A stretch of DNA of 64,000 nt from Callorhinchus milii (taxonomy: Eukaryota). Both the position numbers and the translations under genes were made by a program. The stretch lies in contig NW_024704743.1 in assembly GCF_018977255.1 (NCBI RefSeq), positions 84,506,001 through 84,570,000 of the forward strand. Reading direction: 5' to 3'. Below are positions 1 to 11,559 of this stretch, piece by piece; position 1 is the stretch's first letter, and each line of letters opens with the position of its first letter. The notes beneath the pieces are model-generated. The model was not told where the DNA came from and did no database searches. It saw only the letters and a list, made by a program, of their open reading frames with translations.

Positions 1-1019
1 AGAGGGAGGTGAAAGCGTGAAGGGGGAATTGCCTGTAAGCACAGTCGAAAAGGTAGATTATTAGATAGGATTTAAAGACAAACATTTAGAGGATCGAGAC
101 ATAGAAGTAGAGTAAGGGTGTTCCAGAGGTTAGGGGAGCAACAGCACTTAAGATTAATATAAATCTAACTCTTACTGAAATGTGTGTCCTGCTGTGGAAG
201 GAACAATGGCATTAAAAGGCAGCAGGTTAGTGAGACACTTTTGAAGATTGATCTGCATATAAGAAGGAAGAATGCATAGAGAAGTCCTAGCAGAACTGAA
301 ATATCCACAGCAACAAGCAGTGCAGGTTCACTTGTATATTCTCCATAAGCATCTCTTAGTTAATTTCTCCACAATCATATTTTAAAATCTAATTTGCACT
401 AATGCTGAAGACGTTTCTTAATAATAAATGAATGCGTCCTTCACATTCAGAGCTTTAGATATTCAACGATTATTTTTTTTTAGAAGTTCAATTATATGAT
501 ATTTCTTATTAAGAAATATATTAAGAAAGAAACACAAATGAAACTGCATTATTTCTGATCATAGTACTCCTGAAGCACAACAAAGCTTAAAGGAGGGTCA
601 TGACTTTTCAGGGGTTTTTAGGAAAGCAACTTTCTAAAACTTTTTTTTGCTTGTATATTTCACACAAAGGTCATTCGTGTTCTCAGTTTTATATTAGCTG
701 CCCCTTCCAGTTGTGAATTGTTCCCAGGAGCAGTGCCCCTGCTGGTTGCATTACAACACCCATCATGCCTTAAAGGGAAAGACTGCATTCCACATCTTTA
801 GAATCCTTATAATTATGACAGATGTCCAAATGTATTATTTCAGGATCATGATGGTAGCCAAAGGGAATTAGGATTGCAGCATGCTGTTATTGGCATGCCC
901 TTCTGCACACTGGCCTTTGAATGGCTCTCAATAAAGTACAGTGCAATACTTCCAGCAGCGTGGTCTGCAGACAGTTATAAGTTCAGGAAGCACATCAGCT
1001 GAGGACAAGTGAGCTTTCT

Positions 1020-1230
1020 GATGCTCTTTTGAGTAGTGCATATGTGGAACAGAAGGGCCGGATGAAGCAATTAATACTGAGTCGATTAGCACCTTTAAGA
1101 AAGAACTAGATAAATATCTGTTTGTGGAAATGGATTGAGGGCGATAGAGATATTAATAGACAGAGATAGCCATATGCTCAGGTGGCAATTGAGATAATGG
1201 TCTGTACTGCTGGGAGGAAGTGTTCATGGT
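1020..1230 (+). mobile_element. Degraded CR1 LINE 3' fragment
   Basis: Contains CR1-like 3' end motifs (cctttaagaaagaactagataaatat...ggattgagggcgatagag); heavily diverged. Confidence 0.5.
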
Positions 1231-1448
1231 GGAACTACAGAAAATGTATAGATATCCTTGAGCTCAGCTTACTCCATTTTGGAGATTTAAGTAAATTTGC
1301 CAGATTTGTCAGTGCGAGAACAAATGAATATGGAAGGAGCACAATCAATGTTGGTGATCGCAATCCAGCAGCCTCTGGTGAAAAGTACATGTGTGTAGAT
1401 GTTGGGCAAGGACAATTCTGGGCTTGCCTCCAGTGCTCTCCATGATCA

Positions 1449-1810
1449 AATAATACTAATAATTTTAGCATTTGATATAGTGCCTTATCATGTCATTGTA
1501 ATGTCTCAAAGCGCCTCACAGGATTTTACTGTAAAGTGTAATGACTGTGTATTTGTTGGCAAACACAACAGCTTATTTTCACGCAGTAATGTCGCACAAA
1601 CTGACCTGAAGTGAAAGATCAATCTTATCCAGAGGATTATTGGCAAGGACACAAGGAAAAACTCCCTTCTCTTTTTGAATCGTGCCATGGGATTTTTAAC
1701 ATCCACCTGAACAGACAGATGGTTTGACATTTCATCTGAAGGACAGCACCTCCTACAGTGCAGTGTTCCCCAGCACCTTATTCAAGTGTCTAACTAGACT
1801 GTGAGCTCCA
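1449..1810 (-). mobile_element. Old DeuSINE (SacSINE1/AmnSINE-like) copy
   Basis: Reverse strand reads tctgttcaggtggatgttaaaaatcccatggcacgattcaaaagagaagggag...gtccttgccaataatcc through to the tail atcaaatgc..(att)n; matches other copies in the window and the Deu-domain motif as I recall it. Confidence 0.8.
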
Positions 1811-2100
1811 CTTTTGCTTTTTCTAACTTCATTAGGACTTCATTTTGGGGCCTTCTGAGTCCAAATACTGAAGAAAGTTTTATTCCTGATCTCAATTTAT
1901 ACAGTATACGATTATAAAGGAATAGTACCTTTAAAGCGGAAGCTAGATAAATACCAATGAAACCCTATAGTTGGTGGGTCTTAAAAATTGCAATCAGCCT
2001 TAAAACAGGTCAATATTTCTACATTTACTAAGCACGTGCACAGAAAGACAGTTGGTTCCACTGGCCGTTCAAAGCACTAGCTTGCCGTTGGAAAGATAAA

Positions 2101-2237
2101 ATAATAATAATAATCCTTGCATTTGATATAGCACTATTAAAGTTTTCTAGACATCTCAAAGCGCTTCACAGAATATACTGTAAAGTGAATTGACTGTATA
2201 TTTTGTGGGCGAAACACGGCAGTCAATTGTGCACAGA
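2101..2237 (-). mobile_element. 5'-truncated young SINE (3' part); left arm of a perfect inverted repeat
   Basis: Reverse complement of the SINE 3' region with an (AAT)n tail at 2101-2114. Confidence 0.9.
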
Positions 2238-2417
2238 CAAAACAGACAGCTCTTTCAGCACAATGGACTGAATAGCTTCCTTCTGTGCTGTACATTTCTA
2301 TAGTTCTTTTGTTTTATGGCAACTCCAGCAATGCACAAACCCAGGCATTTATTAGTATTCACAGCAAGAAGGTGTTAATCCACAATTATGCACAATATAA
2401 GACCTTCCTGCACTGTG

Positions 2418-2527
2418 CCACAAAATATACAGTCAATTCACTTTACAGTATATTCTGTGAAGCGCTTTGAGATGTCTAGAAAACTTTAATAGTGCTATAT
2501 CAAATGCAAGGATTATTATTTTTATTA
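2418..2527 (+). mobile_element. 5'-truncated young SINE tail; right arm of a perfect inverted repeat
   Basis: 2418-2520 is the exact reverse complement of 2106-2208. Confidence 0.9.
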
Positions 2528-2974
2528 TAATGAACTCATAGAGGAAATCAACAGGGATCTTCAATCGGAAGGTAGATAGATATATTGGGAATTAAGTGTT
2601 TTGAAGGGTTTAGGGAAAAGGCAGGGAAATGTCCAATGGCAACCATTGCATACCCCAACTCCACCCCAAGGCCTACACCCAACCTCAGCCCTGCCTATGT
2701 GAAATTCTGCTGATATATACAGTAATAATCCTTATGGTCAAATGGTTTGCTATTTACACCACCCAGGTTCATCCATGAATAAATCTACATGCTATCTATC
2801 TGCAAGGATAACAATCTGCGTTCTCTTGCTAGCCCAGAGACACCTAGGCTGAAATTCCGATCAACATTTTGTTTAATGCCTTTGTCAATGTTGGCCATTG
2901 CTCCATTATAATCGCTCTTTGCTATAGGTGCTATACATAACGCTGATTGGAATTTTAACACAACTGAGGACAAA

Positions 2975-3630
2975 TATTGCTCCTACGCCTATCATTCTGA
3001 TGGCATTGTGCAAGAATTGCTCTATTCAGTGACCACTAATGATGAACTATCCTCCTTCGGAGAGAAGTAAGCAGGTTCTCCTTGGATCTAAGCTAGCATA
3101 TTTGGCAATGGAAAGTCAGAATCAAGCTAACTGTTGGTAGTCTAGTTCCTGATCCAGGCAAATCCATAGTACTCCAGGGCATTACCGATGACAGCACAGC
3201 CAACCTGGCTCATCAGCAGAACTTGAAAGGGCAGACCAGTCACTGAGGCAGGAAGTCTTGCCACTCAGCTCTTGTTAATCTTGCAAGCCAAATCCTTAAT
3301 GGGTAGGATGTTCCTAACTGGGCAAGCAGTGGATCAGCTTGCCATGCTGTGCTTTCAGGCAAGCTATGCAGTTTTAGCTTGTTAGACTCCAGCAGTATCC
3401 CAATATATACTTTGGGGTCCCCAAGCCTTGGCTCTTGCCAACCTGTGACTAATACTCTCCTGAATTAGGTAAGCAAGATATGTTCCTCCAGGGAGAGAAT
3501 GCATTCCATTACAATAAATATCTCTGGAATTTCTATGTACAGGTGGGAATCATGGAACTCTATTTGGTCTCGATATTTTTAAGCATGGTGAGGAGTTTCC
3601 GCATTTGTCAGAACAGCTGACCAAAGAAAA
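2975..3630 (+). mobile_element. Unclassified old LINE 3' region, copy 1
   Basis: Aligns by eye with 13250-14505, 15012-15515 (rc) and 60531-61000 (rc), e.g. ccactcagctcttgttaatcttgcaagccaa and ttttagcttgttagactccagcag...ccccaagccttggctcttgccaacctg. Confidence 0.75.
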
Positions 3631-4123
3631 CCTGCTCCATTCAAAAGGGAAGGAGTATGGGCAAACATCTGGAGTGAAAATGGAGAGGAAAAGAAAATGA
3701 AACAAAAAGGATTATCAATTCTCAGATGCCTCCAGGGCAGCATTGCAAAATCAGAACCTTTCAGAATTTGGTATTGATGAGCAGCATCCCAGTGTCGGAT
3801 CAATCAAGTCTTACAATCTGCTGGCACATCCCAAATACTAGATAAGGGAACTTCCATTTCCACAGTGCTAGGGTTGACAGTTGGCTGAGTGATCTATATG
3901 AATGAACATTTGGTAAAAAAGCCTGTTTTGCTTCAGAATTCAAGCCTTCAAAGACAGTGCACAGCAGCATGTTATTACAATGGAAAGATTGGTTATATAA
4001 CTTTAGAGGGAAAGCATGTGACTAAGCTATGTGACTAAGTAGACTTTAAAGTTAATACAGTATGGAGCAACAATTTAGTGTTAGCCTCAGCAAACTGACC
4101 GCAGTGATTTTCGTTTGCCAACA

Positions 4124-4422
4124 GGAGTCCTGTAGCTCAGTGGTTAGAGCACTCGCTTTGCAAGCGAGAGACCTGGGTTTAATTCCAGGCAGGGCGAAAC
4201 CTTGGGCAAGTTTCCTTACTCCACACGCCTAATAATAATCCCTCCAAAACCCAAAACAATAATAAATTGGTGATTTTCAATCTACGACTGTTTGTGGGAC
4301 ATTGCTGTGCACAATTGGCTGCCGCTTTCGCCCACAAATATACAGTCAATTCACTTTACAGTTCACTGTGAAGCGCTTTGGGACATCCTCTCGACGTGAA
4401 AAGCGCTATATCAAATGCAAGG

Positions 4423-4454
<32 letters not shown>
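4124..4454 (+). mobile_element. Full-length young tRNA-Ala-derived SINE (short form, SINE2-1_CM-like)
   Basis: Head ggagtcctgtagctcagtggttagagc (A box), anticodon arm ctcgc-tt-TGC-aa-gcgag, B-box-like ggtttaattcc, Deu-like body, stem-loop agcgcttt...aaagcgct, (TTA)n tail; near-identical copies at 40268, 61918 and 63800. Confidence 0.93.
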
Positions 4455-4799
4455 CAAATCTCAGTGTAGGAGTAGGTCCTAGAAGACTTTATGTCATCCT
4501 ATTAGGGCAGGACCACAGACTGTGTCCCATAAGATCATCTCCACTACTCAAAATGGGCTTCTCTTCTGTGACTGTCACTGCCCAGCACAAACATCTGAAC
4601 GACATCCTCAAGCTTCATCTGGAAATGTCAAATGTCAAACACACAGCCATTAAAAGTCTTGTCAGTCACCACTGCCACAACTTACAAAGGCCCTCAACTT
4701 GTAAGTATTCACTGCGAAGCGCATAGCAATTTATGAAGCCATCTAACTGATGGTGAAATGTGCACAAACACGTACTTATGAAAGGATACAAAATACAAA

Positions 4800-5340
4800 A
4801 AAAACAAAATTACATTTGTATAACGCCTTTCATGTCGGGACAACGTCCCAAAACACTGGACAGTCAGTGATTTGGATCCAAGCGGCTGGGGAGTGGGGTG
4901 TTGATTAGGATCAGGAAGGGGGAGGGTACCCAAATGCGTTTCGAAGAGGAGGCTCTTGAGATATACCCTGAAGGAGGCAAGGGAGGGAACTGTGGGATCG
5001 AAAGGACAGTGATGCTGAAGGCCCAACCACCGATGATGGGGCCAAGGGTGGGGGTGATGGAGTCACAGAGCCTGGAAAAGTTACAAGCTGCAGAGTTCTG
5101 AATGATCTGCAGCTTGCGGAGGAAAGAGTTGGGAAAGCTGACAAGCAGGGAATTGATGTAGTCGAGCTTAGACATGTTTAACGTGTGAATGAGGGTTTTG
5201 GCGGCCTGAAGGTTGAGGTAGTGGCAGATGTTGCGGAGGTGGGGGAAGGCAGAGTGGGTCATGGCATGGATGTGGGGTAGAAAGGACGATTGAAGGTCAA
5301 ACAAGACGCCAAGATTCCGGACAGGCTCAGTGAGGTGAGG
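4800..5340 (-). mobile_element. L2 LINE 3' fragment (tail type A) with an internal deletion
   Basis: ORF 4864-5388(-) contains HLTEPVRNLGVLFD...LDYINSLL...LQIIQNSAA (L2 ORF2 C-terminus); 3' tail at 4800-4865. Confidence 0.92.
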
Positions 5341-6631
5341 ATACTTACCAAAGTGGAGATATGGTGAGCTTGCCCTAACATGACTCAAGGTTCACTCTCA
5401 TGAATGGAAAAGTTCATCCCCAGATGATCTGTGACCTCCTGAGAATGAAGGATAACAACCACCTCCCTTGTTTCTGCTCAGAAACTGAGTATCCATCTAC
5501 TAAGAGACCAATCACCATCTCTTCCTTGTGATAGTTGTTTCTATACATTTTATTCTATACATCCATAGTGCCCTGCATTGAAGAGTGCTATATAAATGCA
5601 AGTTGTTGTTGTGGGCACTCTAATCCAGTGCTGGGACATGCTACATTGTCAGAAATGCTGTCCTTTGGATGATATAAAACCAGGTCAAAACCTATCTACC
5701 TGTTCAGCATGGAAAATGCAAGGATTATTATTACCTTCCACAACATTCAGACTTACTGTCCTAAGTGTCAGGTGATGTTCATTCATGCTCCTTAATTAAT
5801 GTGGTCTGTCATCAAATCTCCATTCCATCCATATTGTGCCCCTGCACTCCACCCTTAGAAGCAGGGCATTCAGTCATTCTATGGGACTCTTCCAAAATGC
5901 ATTCACCTTGCGCCTTCTCACCCGGTCTTCCAAACTCTCCTAAAAGCCTAGCCCTTTGAACCATGTTTTTGGTCAACATCTTCAAAGCTCCCTTTCTTCT
6001 CACCTTGGTCAGAGAACCACATCATCTTGTAAAATGCTTCAAGATGTTATCCTACATGAAAGACATTATGTAAGTATAAGTTTTTTTCTAATTGGGAAGA
6101 GTTTTTAAACTCTTCCTTCCCCTCCCAAAACAAAACTTTGTAGTAACTGCTGCGATGCGTGTTTGCGTATCCAAATCAGACTGCTCCCTCGGTACACAAA
6201 GCTTTCTGGCTTGCAAGTTCCTGACAAATAAACAGTGCCTTGATAGAGCACTGTTTAGAGCGGTGTTGCTTGTATCACCAATGTGCACAGGCAGTGCCTC
6301 AGGCCACTGAGTCACCTCTCCCATTGTGCCACATTCATCCACTTCTGTTTCAACATTTTACACCCTTTTTCTTCATTGCGAAAATGAGATGAAGGGTCGG
6401 AATCCATAGTTCAGGATATCAGCAGGTTGAAGAAAGGACGCACGATGTTTGCATCCTTACATGGCTTTATATCTGGTCAAAAGTATTTCTGCAGGACGGC
6501 ACCCATAGAGGTTTGGCAAAGCTATGAACAGGAAAGTACAAGAAAAATCTGTGTCTCTTTGTTATGCAAGACAGGACTTTCAATAACAGTGGACATGACA
6601 GAAAAGAACAGAAGATTGTGGCTGAAGTAGA

Positions 6632-6674
6632 ATAGAAGTTATTATTATTATTATTATTATTATTATAGAAGTTA
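6632..6674 (+). repeat. (TTA)n tract flanked by the 10-bp direct repeat ATAGAAGTTA
   Basis: atagaagtta at 6632-6641 and 6665-6674 with pure TTA repeats between. Confidence 0.85.
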
Positions 6675-6897
6675 AAAGTAATGGAGAGTTTCCACTCTGA
6701 CTGAGGCAGTGGTCATATAGAACAACACCACCTTGCACTTATATAGCGTCCTTCACATGGGGTAATGTCGTGGACGCTTGATCTGGCAAACAAGATCAAT
6801 GAGTCGTATTGGTGGCAGAGCACCACAGAAAACACATGATTCCTGCTGAAAGTTTCTCAGATCACAAAGTAATGAGCCTTTGGCACCTGTATGACAT

Positions 6898-7502
6898 TAA
6901 CAACAACAATAAAATTACATTTATAGAGCGACTTTCATGTCGGGAGGTCGTCCCAAGGCGCTGGACAGTCAGGGGTCAGGATTCGAGCATGGGGGAGGGA
7001 TAGGGTAGGAGTGAGGGAAGGCAGAGAGGTGGGAGAGCGACTGAAGGCACAATCAAAGAGGAGGGTCTTGAGACCGGCCTTGAAGGAGGCAAGGGAGGAA
7101 GCGAGGTGAAGGGACCGTGGGATGGAGTTCCACAGTGTGGGGGCAGAGAGGCTGAAAGCCCGGCCACCGATGGTAGGGCGAATCGGGCGGGAGACTTGGA
7201 GCAGACCGGAGCCCGCTGAACAGAAGGAGTGGGCAGGTTGGTAAGGAGTCAGCAGGTCAAAGAGGTAGGAGGGGGCAAGGCCATGGATGGGCTTGAAAGT
7301 GAGTACGAGGATCTTGAATTCGATCCTCGGAGGGATGGGGAGCCAGTGGAGTTGAGCGAGATTGGGAGTGATGGGGTCACGGAGCCTGATGCACGAGAGT
7401 ACACAAGCTGCAGAGTTTTGAATGATCTGCAGCTTGTGAAAGGAAGAGTTGGGAAGGCCGATGAGGAGGGTGTTTTCATAATCGAGCCTTGATGTGATGA
7501 AG
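6898..7502 (-). mobile_element. L2 LINE 3' fragment (tail type A)
   Basis: ORF 6935-7522(-): FITSRLDYENTLLIGLP...LQIIQNSAA...LHWLPIPPRIEFKIL...GGRAFS...APTLWNS...SFKAGLKTLLF; (TTG)n-type tail. Confidence 0.95.
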
Positions 7503-8635
7503 TAAAGAGTGTATTTATCCACTGAGCCATCAGAGGAGCAGTAAGACTGACGATAGGTTGTTTAATGAGGTATGCAGCCACCTGAAAACTTATAGTGTGC
7601 ATTAATGGATGATTAGAGCATTTTTTTACACAGGGGGAAAGGAGTCATAGATCAAATATCTCTGTGACGTGCATTTCAATAAACTTTGATTTGAATGTTA
7701 AAAAAATGTCTTCACACCAGGGGATGAGAAGAGATTAAATATTTATGCATGAAAACATCCTTGAAAAGATCTCATCTGACTGCTGTCACCGTCCTACAGC
7801 TTGACTTTCCCAGGCTGAACTCCTGCTTCTTTTCACTTTCCAGTGGAAAAATAGATATTCTTCTGAAGAAGAATAGCAGAAAGGCTTCTGTGGCCTGTGA
7901 AGGGATTTGCAGTGAGTGGCGGCCTCTAATTTAGGGAGGGGGGAGGGGGCTTTGAGGGATATTGGTACTCCACACTGTAACATGACACACCAGGGCTCCA
8001 ATCTGGCAAATAATTAGCCAGTACTGAGGACAAAGGTTTTATGTGCAGGAATTTCATACATTATAGAATGAATAATACATCACTGTAGTGTGTTGGGTCA
8101 TGGGAACCTAAATCCTGATCAGTGCTGCAGAAAGCTGGTGAGTTAGTGGATTACAATTTAACTTCTGAGGAAATGATTTTGTTCCACCAAAAGGATATTG
8201 AGAAAACTCCACACATATAGAATTTCAAATTATCACTGTGTTTTGGTCCTGCATGGTGTACTTTCTGTTTTGAAAGCACAAATTCACACCTCAGTGCTAT
8301 CAACTAGGTCAGCAGATTTTTTTTAAAACGAAGAGAAACAATTTTGGAGAATGTAATCATTTTAAATCCAGTATTTCTGTGCAGCTTTGATTTGTGGGGT
8401 CATCTGAAGGCTCTGTTTAATTAAAATGAGAAAAGTAGACATTGAAAGGAGTAGAGTTATATTCAGGTTTATGTAAGCATGTTCCCTGTCCAGACACAAT
8501 GCTCCCACTCTCTCGAACTCTCCCTTTTGCCTTGGGTCTTCTCTCCCTGCCTTTCAAAGCCCTCCTATACACAATACCTAGACCTTTGATTCTACCTTTG
8601 ATCAGCATCCTAGAGGCTGGAGCTACTGGGTGTAT

Positions 8636-8930
8636 TTTCATTGGAACAGAGAAAGTTGAGAGGAGATCTGATCTCGCTTTTTAAAATTATGAGGGGTTTT
8701 GATAGAGTAAATAGGCAGAAACTACAGAGAGGTTTCAGAAAGTGAAATGACCAGCCGGGTGCAGTGTTCAAGGCAAGATCCATATAACTTTCAAGAGGCA
8801 ATTCAACTGATATTGAAAGAGAAATAATCTGCAGGGGTATGGGGAAAGACAGGTAAATAGAACTGAATGGATTGCTCTTTGAAAGAGCTAGCACAGACAC
8901 GATGGGCTGAAAGGCATTTCTTTGATTCCA
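8636..8930 (+). mobile_element. CR1 LINE 3' end, internally deleted
   Basis: ttggaacagagaaagttgagaggagatctgat...aaaattatgaggggttttgatagagtaaat (CR1 ORF2 end, LEQRKLRGDLI) and 3' UTR gctctttgaaagagctagcacagacacgatgggctgaa. Confidence 0.85.
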
Positions 8931-9729
8931 TGCTTAAACTTCACCTCCTTTTTCATCTGCTCAGTGACTAACATTGCTTTTGGAAACAGCTTTGAGACAT
9001 TCTCCTAAGCAACAGTTGCTATATAAGTGCAAGCTGTTATTGTTATGAGATGTTTTACTTAATTTAATTATACTAACAATCAGATTTATTACATTAAGGC
9101 CACACGTAATTTTCAAAATGTGAACTGAATTTTCAGGATAATCTCTTCAATTGTCCTGTATTCTAGACTGATCCATCCACACTCATCTGTATGATTTGTT
9201 TAGGAAAACTTTGATATTATAGGGCACAGTGTAGTCAGATCATATTAACAGGCCGGAACAACTTAATCCATTATCCCTGTGACAGTGTCCACACTGTAAA
9301 ATCAGAGATAATAATCCTTGCATTTGATACAGCATCTTTCATGATCAGAAGGGTATCTCAAATCACTTTACAGGATTGTAATGTAAATTGCAGTGACTGT
9401 GTGTTATGTAGGCGATACTTTTGGAAATATTGCTATATCTTATAAGGGTTACTTTTGAACTGGTTCAATAACAAGCTTTGCATATAATAAATAATAAATA
9501 ATCTTTGCATTTGAGTTTTTTACTCAGAGAATTATTGGGGTGTGTAATACCTTTACAAGTAAGGTGATAGTGGCAGAGTCCACTGGGGGTTTCAAGAGGG
9601 AAATTGAAAGTATATAAAAGATAGAGGCTTGAAAGGGTTATGGAGAATAAGACGGGACAGTGAGATCGAATGAATAGCTTACTCTGAGAGCCAGTGCAGA
9701 ACGGATCTATTGCAAGTTCCTTACACAAA

Positions 9730-10080
9730 TCACTTCATGTCCTGGCACCTCCCTAACTCTTGATCTGCTTACACCCCACTCCACTGCCTGCCTCCTGCGC
9801 ACAGCTGGCTCTGACCTCCTGCTAGCCTTCTGCCCCTGTGCTCCACCATTGACAGCCGTGTTTTCAGCCATTACATCCTGAAACTATGGAACTCTCTCTG
9901 CCTCAATCCCTTCGCCTTGCTCTCCCTTTGCCTGTTTTCAGATCACATCTGAAGACCTTTTTCTTCGACCATAGCTACAGTCACCTCCCTCCCCTCCTCA
10001 GTGATAAGCTCAACTACTGTTAAACACTTCGAGATATTATCCTGTATATATAGCACTATATAAATGCAAGTTATTGTTGA
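9730..10080 (+). mobile_element. Degraded L2 3' end
   Basis: ctccaccattgacagccgtgttttcagcc...ggaactctct and tail atataaatgcaagttattgttg. Confidence 0.7.
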
Positions 10081-10095
10081 AGCACTTCGGGACTC

Positions 10096-10270
10096 TACAA
10101 CAACAACAACAAATGACATTTGTATAGTACCCTTTACGTCAGGACGATGTCCCAAGACGCTGGACAGTCAGGAATCCGCACCCGAGCTGGTGGTTGGGAT
10201 CAGGAGAGGTGGAGGGTGGGAGCATAGGAGTAGGAGGGTGACCGAAGGCACGGTCGAAGAGGAGGGTAAA
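10096..10270 (-). mobile_element. L2 3' tail fragment (type A), tail-to-tail with the previous element
   Basis: (CAA)n followed by tttacgtcaggacgatgtcccaagacgctggacagtcagg. Confidence 0.8.
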
Positions 10271-10800
10271 TAAAAAACTGCAAGTAAATTGTTATTATTA
10301 TTATGATTTAGAAACACTGCAATTTCGACCCTTTATTTGCTTTTTTTGACAGGCTTTGGCTGGGGTCACTGCACAGTTTTGTCTAGTATTTTTATTTGCT
10401 TCTGTACACATGTTATTGAAAACATACCAATTTAGGAAACCATTAAAAATATTGGCCAATTAATACAGCATTTAAAAGGTGCAATTTTCATGAAAAAAAT
10501 CAATTTACATTTATATAGCACTTTATACGTCACTAGGGCATCTCACAGTGCTTCAAACAGCTGACTGGGCACTCAAGCTAAGTATGGATAGGAACAGGGA
10601 TAGGGTTAAGTAGGTAAATAGAGGATGGAAAGATGACTGCAAGCATAGTTAAAAAGATAGGTCTTTAGGTCTTTTCTCGTTTGTTTACAAACAGCTGACA
10701 CAATGATGTAATTCATGTTCAAATCCACTATATAATGATAATAAACAATACACTATAATCATTATAATAATAATATCTCGCATTTACATATCATTCTTTT

Positions 10801-11065
10801 GGTCTGTTCAGGTGGGTGCTAAAACATCCCATGGCGCTAAACGAAATGAGAAGGAAGTTTGTCTCGGTGTCATGGCCAACAATCCCCCAGATAAAATTAA
10901 TCACTCACTTCATGGCTGTTTGTGTGACATTGCTGTGCATAAGTTGGCCTATACATTCGCCCACAAAGGACAATCACTCCATTTTGCAGTATATCCTGTG
11001 AAGTACTTCGGGACGCCCTCCTAACGTGAAAGGTGCTATACAAAATGCAAGGATTATGATTATTA
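10801..11065 (+). mobile_element. DeuSINE 3' half
   Basis: ctgttcaggtgg...catcccatggcgcta...ttgctgtgcataagttggc...gtgaaaggtgctatacaaaatgcaaggatt. Confidence 0.8.
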
Positions 11066-11559
11066 TATAAGCTTTTCACGGTTACTGAGAGCTCATTGCT
11101 TTATCCCTACCCAAAAAATGAATTGTCAAATACCTTTTCACAAAAAGCAACCTCCCTTTAAATGGCACACACAATTCAATTCCTGGCATCATTTGAGAAC
11201 ATGGAAACATAATGAGGCAACTAGCTTCAAATCAAACAAAATCTGGGAAAAGTCAAAAAACAGGAACGTACTAATATGGTGGGTTCACAGTTTTCATTCA
11301 CATTGATCTAATGGCCTCCTTTTCATGTAAAATACAGAAAGCCCAGAGAACATTGCTCTCAACACAACATTTGGAACTCAGACAAGTTGGGACCAATGTA
11401 GCACTTGGGTTCAACAATTACAATGGTTCAGATTTGGCATCAGGCTCAATGGGCTGGGGCCAGCTCAGAGCGAACTGTTCACTCAATCTCTGTATAAAGT
11501 TGCCTTTTAACACCAGAACCTAGTAGACTCTTGTACCTCTGCTGTGCACTCCATTGTTT

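Noticed and set aside
731-747. CTCF-like motifs (also at about 12201 and 58011)
   Set aside because: Spacing or core positions are imperfect, and one lies within a decayed SINE head.
4127-4198. Apparent tRNA-Ala(TGC) genes (also at 40268, 49070, 61918, 63730)
   Set aside because: Each continues directly into a SINE body and (TTA)n tail, so these are SINE heads rather than tRNA genes.
4415-4726. ORF with a signal-peptide-like poly-Leu (MQGLLLLLLLLLL)
   Set aside because: The poly-Leu is the translated (TTA)n SINE tail; the same artefact gives poly-Tyr, poly-Ile and poly-Asn runs elsewhere.
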